This document shows positions 42,611-54,558 of a stretch of 64,000 nt of DNA, piece after piece; within the stretch, counting starts at the first letter, position 1; every line of letters starts with the position of its first letter. The notes beneath the pieces are model-generated. The model was not told the origin of the DNA. It saw nothing but the letters and a program-made list of their open reading frames with translations, and searched no databases. Position numbers and translations under genes: made by a program. Source of the DNA: Trichoplax sp. H2. Taxonomy: Eukaryota. Location of the stretch: contig NOWV01000032.1 in assembly GCA_003344405.1 (NCBI GenBank), forward strand, positions 62,001-126,000. The letters run 5' to 3'.

Positions 42611-45600
42611 CTAGACTTCCGATAATTTATAGTTAGAAATCTTTTCTACTGCAGTTCGAATCGCATCCAACTGACCAGCAATATGTTCTAATCTGTGAAA
42701 AAGAAAATAGTATTTAAATTTCTCAGCGCCTTGTAAAACACGGTGTCGGCGACACTTATAATTATACTATTAAACTAAATTTAATTTACTTGTGCTTTTG
42801 ACCAGAAAGTTGCTCTTCAATGTTATCAATTCGTTGCATCGTTATATCATCCATTTTCTTAGATTCAAGTTCCAAAGATGTCTGATCAATCTTGGCCAAA
42901 AACTAAAAATTGCAACAGAAATAATAGCTAAGTAATTTTAACTTGTATTTAACTACGATCTACTCATTAATACTGCATAACATACTAGTATTCAGAGTTA
43001 AATGATAGACATACTTCAGTAACAGACTTGCTGCGAAAAGAAATTTTATAATCCGTGTAATAGCGCTTTCGTAAATATAATGGTAATGCTCGCTCTAATG
43101 AAATTAGCGAATTAACTTGTAAAATAATCCTCTTCAAAGCTGCTTCACTTCTGACTTTGTCAATATCGCCCACAGCTAACCCCACCTTAGCAGATCACAG
43201 ATTAAACAAATTTAAGAAGATACAGGATGCATAAAATAGGCAACATGAGGAAAGCAAAAATTGAATTACTTGTTACGTAACTATCTTTCATGTAAAGATA
43301 TAAGTTATTAGTTTAGATTTTATATCAGATTTAAATTCTATAAGATGAATTTGCCTGCTTACCATTAAATTAATCACCATCACCGGCATAATGATAATAA
43401 AGAATACTAGGATGATTAAAGTCATAATACTGCGCGGATATCGAATGCTACCATCAGCAATATCAGTCAAGAATGAATCACGATAATCAAATTCTCCCAC
43501 AGTCATTACCATAATCCTTACTAAGGCTAGGGGAACACTATCTAATGATACCTATAAATTGATAAATCACCGAAATATTCTATAAATAATTTACAAAATG
43601 TTGCAGTATTCACGAAGTACATTCAGAAAAAGCAATGATCTGTAAATTATTCGGCAAGCGCTTAATTTAATACCGTAACAGCAACTTACTATTCTTCGTC
43701 ATAAAGTATAATGTATTGAATATACAATAAAACATTATATTCCATTAACTGCACTGAAAAAGACCGCAACATAAGCTTGCATAAACGAGATAATCAATTA
43801 GAAGTCAAGTTCTTAACTATCACGGCACTTTATTAACGCTAGTAAGGCATCCATAAGAGTATTGCAACGATTTCTTTAGTCATCACATTTAAATGATTGT
43901 TATTGATATATACTTTGAGCTAATTATCCATTTAATAAGAATATAAGCAATTGATATCGCAGATGAATATGCCACTCCCAAACAAAATTGCGAGATTTGT
44001 TGGTTAACTGTTATGCTCATGTTATGATGTTTACTGCTGATGCAATGACTAATGTTAGTCTTAATTGCCAAGATTTAGATATAACTCCCTATTTTGCATC
44101 ATTATCTAAATTTAATAACTTATACTAAGTATGAGTACATAAAAGAGACAGTATTTAAGGCTGTGCAAGCTAAGGTCGTGGATGAGAGTTAGTGAAGACT
44201 TATTGTTTAGATCTGATCTTGTTACCCGTTCGTAACATATCGCTGTTGATTTGGTTGTTGGTCAGTTACAAGTTGGTAACTTCTATTTCCTAACTAATAA
44301 ATTGAATAGATATCTAGATCTAAAGTCTGTTTGTTATTAATTACCACGTCCTAACATAATATTTTTGAGGCAGCAAACTTTACATTTTCGAACTCATGTC
44401 TTCGTATAGTTAAACATGAAGAATTTACGACTAGTATGCTAATTATGCTGAGTAAATAATCGCCAACTACTAAGCTAAAGACTATTATGAAATATGTAAT
44501 AAATCATCAGAGTATGACTGAAGTACTAATACTTACATTCTGGGGATCTAATAAATGGAAGCTTATAGCAAATCCTAATGCCAGTATAAAAACAATTACA
44601 AGAACCTATTGGAGGAGAATTCAAAGTTAGTAGTACATTACCAATTAAATATTTTTGTGTAATTAAGTATAGAGTAGATAGCGTATTTTATATACACATA
44701 CACCACCAAATTTGATCTAAAGTCAGGATTTCTATTAAAGTGCAGAACATGAGCGTAATCGGCTAAACGAACCTTGCAGATTGTTTCTACCATCGATCGT
44801 AGCATTATTACATAGACTCCAATTACGTCCATCCTAAATTATAAATGTTTTTTACAATCTCAATAACAAAATAGTAATCATACATTTAAAATCTTATTTT
44901 ATTATTTAATCATACTGTTTCCTTCGCACCTTTGAATTTGCACCAGTAAGTTAATATACGCCAAAAATATCATAAAACTCAATAAAGTTAGCTTATCATC
45001 CAAACACGTTATAGGAAACCTAGCCACTATTATGTTTACGTATAAGGCTAATTCCATGTAATTTTCAACATATTGAAAATATAGCCATTTCTATAATTTT
45101 GATTAATAAAATAGAAACATACATCATATTTCAACATTCCGAAAAATTGCATTTTTCAACGGTTGTTACGTATAAATAATTCAATAGGATACGACTGGAA
45201 TAAATCAGCTATAAGCAGTGACCATTTCATTCCTGAAATTTAAACTTTCTAAGCACGTTTAATATATTATAAGAAAATTAACCTTTATCATCAACAGCAC
45301 TAGGAAATAATTACTACTAAAAATTGATTTTTGAACAGTAACAATTTGGCATTGGTGGCATATGCATCTCAAACTATCATGAAGTATATGAAAATATTTT
45401 ATTATAGCATCACATATCGTTATGACGTTCATAAATCTGCCCTTCTATTCCATAATTAATTACGTATTATTATCATTACTACTAATATGCAGCTTCATAT
45501 CTTTGTGATTGAAGAAGTTTTATCAATAAGCCATAAATGGAGCATCTATCATCGATACCAAGTTATACTTACATGATATACTATTTGATAAGCTTCCTTC

Positions 45601-48600
45601 ATCAAATTCATAATAGCGAAAATGAGGATTAGAGTCAGAAAAGTGGCTTCAATAGGGGAATCCTACAATTGTAGTAAGAATATAGTATGATTAGACCATA
45701 TTCGAAAAAATTTGGCTAGAAATTGGTTACTAAATTGCAGTTGTAATAAGTGTATGGAGCAATCATTATTTTACTCGAACCTTACAAACAAGCTTTAAGT
45801 AAGCTATTCAGCAATCCTGTAAGACTTACATCAATACTATCGTCATGGATGCAGGTTGTTTTACTAGTGTTAGCAGGATGTGTTAAAGGAATTGGTTGAA
45901 CTGCCGTACGACTTGGAATATCCAAGCCAATAATAGCTTCTCGATTAAAATGTTGAGTCGCGTAATAATTGCCCTGATAAATAGCAAATCCACTTAAAGA
46001 CGTTACAAAAACTATGTAAACAACGAGACTGAAGTAATAAGCAATCCAACCAAAGTGATTCCTAGAAAATAATTAGAGAGAATAGATAATTACTTATCAG
46101 AATATTTATATCACCAAAATGCAAGTGTAAGTAGTTCAACATGGAATAAAATTGTTCTAAAGAAATTTTGTGAAATACATACAAATAAAGAAGCAATAAA
46201 TGAAAGAAATATCACTAAAATATTTTATCTGAAATAGAAAGTTACTAGTTAGAAAGCTGAATTACCGTACCAATTTGAAATACACTCACTATTGGTTTAT
46301 CTTAAATGCAATCAAATTCTCCAGTTCATCTTCTAAAAGTTTAGAATTAACTGAAAGTAATTTTTGAGGCGGCTTTAGAAATTTACATATTGACTAAGAT
46401 CTTTATATTTACACTGCATGCATTCATTATACGGTAATAAGCTTAATTTCGATCTTTATAATCTTAGTCTTTGTAATATCAACAGATATCAACAAAATGT
46501 AGCATTATAATGCGTAAATCGCTCATAAAGAATAAATGTGAGAAAGCCTGATCTAGTGCAAAAATAGAAATTATTTGATAACAGTAATGACAGGTATTAA
46601 TCCTAGCTCACTTTAATTATGAGCTCCAGACAATATCATCACGACTAAAGTAATACTAATAAGGAGAAAAATCAAGCATAAATAATTTCAATTATGTAAT
46701 CAGTTCAATGGCAATAGCAATTTCTACTACATTTTTATACCAGAGCACAAAATCTATTAGAAATAGCTACTAAATTGTTCTCCTAGGGAATGACCATTCG
46801 AAATTTTTTTACCACACGCGTATATATTTTAGCAGATTGTGACCGCAAACCTAATCAAGGCTGCTTAAAGGATACTCAAATTAAGCAGACTCAAATTATC
46901 TGTCTTATTCTTGTAAAATACTGTAAATATACTTTTAATGAATAAGAAGTAAAGTTCGAGGTAGAGAAGCATTTCTACAATCATCAGCATGAGAATTATT
47001 ACATATACCCATGTATGTATTAGAGAATATTGGGCATTAGTGTTACTTTAACTTACCATTTATTAATTAACAATTTCTGCGATAATGGATGCATAAGGAG
47101 ATCGTCCCGCTTACAGTTTACCATAGACTATAAATAAATAAATACACTTATTAGGCACATTTCTAGCTGAACCAAGCTGAATATATTAATATAATAAATA
47201 TTGGCATTAATCATATTTACTATATTCTAAAATTATTCTATCTTAATAGTTATACGGTACTAACTTGTAAGGCATTTAAATTAATTCTTGAACCGTTGAT
47301 ACGATGATCGTATTCATAAATAGGTCCAGGATCAATAATTGAAAAATCATATTCAACCTAATGATACAGAAATAAAAAACTGGTACGAAGATTCTTAAAA
47401 CTATTACCACATGGTCAGTTATACGTCTAACACAGTACATCTACCAATGAACATAGAGTTAATCCGCATAGGGGGTACTTAGTGCTCTCAGGCTAACAAA
47501 CTTTACTCTATTGCATGATGAATATACTAATAAGTTTCACCTTAAGCTCATTAGTGATACCATTAAATGTGGTCTTAATACATTGATTCATAACAACCTA
47601 GAAAGTAAAAGTTTCATGTCAGATAAAACCAATCAAACCACTTTGTATTATATTCCACCGTATTTATTATGCCATTGTGATACCTATCCTATATTTCTGC
47701 CAATAATAATATCAAACAAATCGACTTATCTTCAAGGTTAACACCATAGAATTTAAATGTTTTTGCTTCAACTACTGGCAAATTTAACTTAATACTCGTA
47801 TTAGAAATAAATCGTAAAATCGGATGTAACATTTGGTCAGTTTGCAGCATGAGCCTACCATCTGTTATACTTAAATGCTGTAGAAAGTGCAGTAGCGAAT
47901 ACATACATTATAATCGAACCTGTTCACCTTGTCTCCTATTAAATAACTACTTTCATTAAACTATAACCGTTTGAGTTATTGCTATGTATCGCATAATTTG
48001 ATAGCGGTGCTAATTACATACGCTTGTAATGTTTATTGACATTATTTATATGATAAAATGAGTAAAACAGACCTTTGCTACTCGAGGCAGTTTCTGAATC
48101 AGACTTTGCAAAACACTACTTCCTGTCTTATCAACACGATTCAATATTTTTCTGCCACTTTTGCGATATTTCATATCCAGTTGCATATAAGAATAAGTAA
48201 TGATTGAAATAAAATCTCAAGATTAGGTGAAGTTGTAGAACTTGAATAATAGCCAGATTTAAGTCCAAACAACGCATTTAGTCGATTATATCATATAGTT
48301 GTAGAATTTGGATATTCGAGCACTTTCACTTTTACGTCACGTGAGACAGTATGTTCTTTATATTTCTATACATTTTATAATCATGTAAAATACCTAGGAT
48401 GTGAAACGATGACTATAGCGACATCATCCCAGCCTCTATTAATAGCAATATCAAGACATGTTTCGTCCGCTTTATCGATGATAGTACAGTCTGCACCATG
48501 TTCCAATAATATTTTCACTATATCAGCATGGCCATGCAAGGCAGCGATATGTAGGCAGCAGTCCTAAATATAATCCAACAGCTATTTTAGACTAATTACT

Positions 48601-51600
48601 GTATGAAATCTGTAAAAAATAAAGGCTACAGCACAGTCGTTTCCAAAAGATACTAAAAGATTTATAAATAGGAAATTGGCAATTATGTGATATTATATCA
48701 ACCGTAAGTTGTTGCAATTCACTGTCATGATAAATGTTAAGAATTACGCATAATGTTTATATTTCATCCCTAACACGGAAATAACGACGATGAAACTACA
48801 ACTCAATCGTTATTTTCTAAAATTTACTGCCTGTCTTCAAATTCTTCCTAATCATACATACCCTACAAACAACTACTAAAGAGCTCTCTAAACTTATATA
48901 TAAGGTAACACATATATATTAAGCTAAACAATTAATTATGGTACAATTTAATATTACCCCAAGATGACTTATTAAATCCGGCTGGGATCTATCCTTTAAA
49001 AACAATTCAACGATGCCTAGATATCCTCTTTCACACGCAATTTCTAAAGGTGTAGCGCAACTAGCATCGCTGAAAATGTAAAATAATGAAAATAATCGTT
49101 TCAAGAATTTTCAAGAATTTCATAACATTAAAATGACGATATATTCTAAATTATTTAGCTAAATATTTCATAAATCTTTACTGTTACGTAATTTACATCT
49201 TATCTAGCATGGAACAATGCGAAATAAGTATTTGAACCGTCTGTTTCGACCCGGATAAAACTGCTAAGTGAAGCGGGGTGCGCGATCGCTCACCAGAACT
49301 ATTAAGAAGAATTTTATTATGTCCAAAGAGTAATTCTATAACAGAATACTGTCCATTCCTAACAATTATTAAAAAACAAAGTTGATAAATCAGTAAACAA
49401 AGATTGATTTTAACCATAATTGGTATACATAATGAATTATGATGCATAAGATGGACATTGAATTAGCAAAACCTATCACTACTGCAAAAGGATCATCTTC
49501 AATCTAATTTCATTACCCCTATAAGTGCTATTTATAGCTCACTATTCAGTACACACTAATAATCCTTTAAACTATCAAAATTCCAATTCTTTACTTACTT
49601 GCAACCACAATGTAATGGACTATTATTATCAGAATCGAAGATCTCTACCGTAGCTCCATAACTTAGTAACAGCGTAATCATCTAATCAAAATTAAAATAT
49701 TTCAACCTGTTACAGTGTATGACAAAGGCAGAACAATATTGCTTATCGTAAATTTAGTGCTATCACTTAGCATACATAATTAATACCTCGTAATTGCCAA
49801 ATTCTGCAGCATAATGCAATGGAGTCCTTCCAAATGCATCTTTACTGTTAATGGTCTGTTTCTTTACGACCTATATTTCATCAGTGTGCGTTGTTAATAT
49901 AACAAAAAATAAGAAAAATACCAAGCTGCTTTTACAATCAGTAGTACTCTCATAACGACTTTAAAACTAAATTCCGTGATAACTATTGAAACATGCAATG
50001 CAATTACATATGGTACAGTAAGACATAAATAGTACCTCTAACAGCAATTGTAACATTTCAAAGCGGTTTTCCTGGATTGCAATATGGAGGGAATTTTGAT
50101 TCAAATCATCTACCCTTTCGATATTACATCCTTGTCTCAATAAAAATCCTGCAACGTCATTTTGACCTTTCGCAATAGCAAACATAAATGCTGTTCTTTG
50201 CCTCCGATCAACAGAATGAAGATCAGCGCCCTTAAATTAATTATTTAAGATTTATCGTAAGTTTACTGAAGATCAAACAGTATTACATCATGAACGTAAC
50301 AAAAATTCAGTAATTTGACAAACTTCTACCTCCTTTAGTAAAGTTTCGCATATTGTTGTTTGTCCTAACATAGCTGCGTAGTGTAATGGAGTCTTTCGTT
50401 GCGAATCGGTAGCATTCACATTAGAACCCTTTGATATAAGGATTGAAACAATTTCGTTGCATCCGCTAGCACAGGCTATATGCAGAGATGTACGCCCATT
50501 TTTCTATGGATAAAGATACACGTTGGGATAGAAGGCTTAAGTATCACCAGAACTGTTTTTAAGAAACTACAAATTCCATTCGTAGCATGGAATTAGATAG
50601 TAAAAGTTCATCATACTACAGGTGTCATCTACTCATATCATCTACGTTTAATTACCACTTATATAACGTCATAAATTACACTTAAAATAACGATCACACA
50701 TTACACTGCACATTATACATTTATATCTTTATTCCTGATCATTCAGTAAAACAAACTAGAATGTCCAACGTAAATCTAATTGCTTTCGCATAATTTACGA
50801 TTTTTAAATTAAATAATTATCCTGCTAGTCGTCATTTTAAATTCAGAAGCACCTCAACATCCATTACTTTGGCTCCATTCTCAATTAATTCTTCTACAGC
50901 CTGGCCAACATGCAACGCATCAAACCAATATCAGATATTATAACCGACTATAATGATCATTTATCTTAACGCTGTCTACGGATAACTTAAATAAAATGTT
51001 ACTTTATTACCTGAAAACGCCAATTCTGTATTGCTCGATGCAATGGCGTCTGCCCCTCACAATCACGCATTTGAACTTCATTTTCCACATTACGTCCTAA
51101 TTTTCGGGCTTGGCTAAGTAAACTTTGAATAACAGTAATATTGCCAGAAGCTGCTGCATAATGCAATGCAAAACTACCATCCGCTGATGACATTGTGATA
51201 TCGGCATCGAATTCAAGCTTGATTAGTAAAAAAGGAATATATTACAGTATGCTAGACTGTGTAAGCCCGGCGTAGCTGGGTATTTCTGTATAAAGCCAGT
51301 GAATCTGACACAAAAATATCTATATGGGATTCATATACACAATCCGCACAGCCTAGCACTATCGCCAAAATTTTAAAGTAGCTTTATAAATGCGAAATGG
51401 CTCTATGCTATAGAATGACGGTGCAGTAGCTAGATCGCATTTTTACACGGATACCGCGAAGCATATTTTATTCTGTTAAATTCATCAAATTGTGTAAGTT
51501 TATCATTTATAAAGCGTCTCCATACATGATTAAGTACAAGTGCAAGTAGCTAGCCAAATAGGTGAATGGTTACCGGACAAAAATAAATTTACTACGATGT

Positions 51601-54558
51601 TGAGTACTAAGCGATGAAAACTAGTAGGATGTCTCGCTCGTGATGCTTCTCGTAAACGTACAAGTACATTATTTCATAAATTTTAAATACTTGGTACTGT
51701 ATGTGCATCTACATTGCAAAATTATAAGATAATGATACTCTAATTTGGCATCAACAAGCACTAGCCAGACTAGTAAAAATTTACTTTTGAAAGCATCTTC
51801 TAATAGTGGTACAACTACTGTATTAACCAATGAATTTCATATTCGTTGGTAAATACAGGTATACATGCACGATATCAGTTATAAAAGCAAGAAGTTCAAT
51901 TTTAGATTACTATGCCGTATCTAGCTTCTATAACACTCCGATCAATTTTCTCATTTAGATTATAGTACATTATCAAGTTTTAATATACCTCCTGTTGCGC
52001 CAAATTATAATTTATTAAAATGAAAATGCTTTGGCGATCAGTTTCGCCTAAAGTCATAAAAATTTTTATCCACGCAGTTGCAAATAAGAGTACAACGTGT
52101 ATATGTAGTAATATCTCAAGGCACGATGCACTGTTGATCACCAATAAGAGTATTACATAGGTCATACTTCGCAAAATATTTAAAGGAACATTTTAAGCAA
52201 TCAAACTCTGTAAAACTTACCAGTAGGCGACAAACTTCCTCCATACCGAGCCTGCAGGCGACATGAAGTGGGGAGAGTAAGTCATTATCTTGTATATTAA
52301 TAAGGGCATTGTTATGCTTTAGCAAAATCTGAAACAATATCAAAAAATTGTACATGAGTCTAATATATGATTAATGGTTAATGATTGATATACTACAATA
52401 CATGGCATATATTTGGAAAGCCACATTTTCCCGCTTCGTGTAACAACGTTCCTCCATTCAAGTCTAAAGCATTCAAGTTACACTTAAACTGAACTAAAAC
52501 TTGCAAGGTAGCTTCGGAATTATATCTCACGGCTGTAAAGACAGGAGGTACTCCAGTAGGACTACAAACATTCACATCTATTAGAGTTTAAATCACAATA
52601 ATAGCGTTAAATTGAGCAATTCATGATTACAAAATCAAACGTGATAATAGATCAGAGCTGAATCTACAAAAATTTCACCAGAGATTCTAATTACCCGCAT
52701 GATTTTCCAGTAACAGCTTTGCAACTTCAGGTCTATCATATCTTACCGCATAATGTAAAAGCGACATATCAGAACTATCGAGTTTATTTAATTCGCGATC
52801 GACGTTAAAATCCGACTTTAAGTAACTTTGAATTATTGACAGATTACCAGTCTTGGATGCCTAAATATAATACTTTGTGTTAGTCAAATCATAACAAAGG
52901 TAGACTAAATTTTTAAGCGCTTTAGTATACCATTAACTCAGAATTGATAATAGCTTGATAAACAGGGATTGAAACCTTTATGATAAGGTCGATAATATTA
53001 ATGGATCATAAAGTATTTAAAACGATGATTAACTTAGCTGATACGGTATTTTCACTGGAGCAATAATAAGTATAACGAATTAAAGTTATTTTAAAAGGGT
53101 AGCAAATTTAGGTCGTTTTTAACTTTTTTTAGTAAAATAAAAACGCAATATGCAGCACTTTGAAGTCTATTTCCAAGTGCAATAAAAAATCACAGATTGT
53201 GAATCCAATCAACAAATTTCTTTAGTCAACTTATATATATAATCTCGATGACTAATAAAATTGCTCACGTAAAAATGCTATTAAAACCAAATCTAAACTC
53301 ACTCCTTCATAAGTGTTATACGTCACAAGAGAGCATGAAATTAGCTCTATTTATGGAAGAAATGAATAGAACGATAATGTATTCTTGTACTATTGATCGA
53401 TTTCTGAATTTTCAAGCTCCTTGATCCTGATGTATAGTCTTACCATTGGTAGGTATAGACTTCGATTAGAGATTAACTTGATTCGATATTTAAGTTAGTA
53501 TCTTCGTACAGCTTTAAAACTACATTTATTTATTAGCGAAATCCCCTATTTGTGATACCTCATGCACTAGGTTACTGGGTAGAAATATTTTGTCATAATA
53601 TATACAGTACAATTCAAATCTTTAATCGTAGATTAGGTTCCGTTCTATAATTATCGCTACTCAACCGATTAGATAAGTAATTTTGCCATGTTAAATTTTG
53701 TACACTGTCCTTAACGACAAAATGCTCCCTATTTCAGTAATTCATTATACTGATGAACAGACTACTGTATGAGATAGCAACCTTTCAAGGTGTATATTTG
53801 AGATATTCCCAATCTTCCTAATAAAATCAGTACGCTAAAATTTACTTTGAACGAAATAATACATAAAAAAGTATTTCGGTAAATTCATTTCATCTGATCG
53901 ACGATTATCCAATTATGGGGTAAAGTCGTATTCTAAGTAGTTTAATTCATTTATCAATCCAAATACTTCCTATACGCAATCGGCTCTCCTGTACAGTGCT
54001 CAGCTTGACACTACGATTTTGACTGCATCATAACACGTTATTCTGTGACAGGTCTTTGAGACACAAGTAGATATTAACAGTTCTTTTTCAAGAATTGGAA
54101 CCTTAAGGAGTCTTTGATGAGAGTTTTAAAATGAATTCTAATGTTTTACTACTCTGGCTTAACATAAATGAGCTGTAATTTCAATGATAAGTCAATGTCT
54201 ACACATTAAACTTCAGACTACCACATTCTAGGCACTTGTGTGCCCTAATAATACAAGTTATATTTTTTTTTAAGATATTGTACGGAGATAGGACAAAATT
54301 AGAATATATTATCATTTATAGGAGTACGGCGATCTACTTTTAGTTTTATATTAATGTAGATGATGCATAAATAATACTAACTTAGAAGTATTATGGCATA
54401 AACCAGCTTACCCATAATAATTCCGACCAACCTATAGCCTTTGCAGAAGATCTACGGCTTCCTTCTTTGACAAGATGATCAGGATCGACAATAACAGAAC
54501 TTGGGAACCCCTCATCGACATCTTCGATTCTGTTAGAAGGTTGCACTTTGCTAGACAT
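42611..54558 (-). CDS. TRPA1: TRPA1-like ankyrin-repeat cation channel, copy D (26 exons)
   Basis: Exon 1 54558-54412 (MSSKVQPS...SELLW). Ankyrin exons lie at about 52860-48394. Pre-S1 is DLLMHPLSQKLLINKW|NHFGW. Pore/S6 exon 43551-43363 has MTVGEFDY...MPVMVINLM, then VGLAVGDIDKVRSEA. Last exon 42692-42611 ends ...YKLSEV*. Confidence 0.92.

Noticed and set aside
3992..54558. Reading the ankyrin ORFs as TRPN/NompC or as stand-alone ankyrin proteins
   Set aside because: There are only about 15-17 repeats per gene, each array continues in frame into a 6-TM domain, and the GLAVGDI and HP...KW signatures are TRPA1-type.
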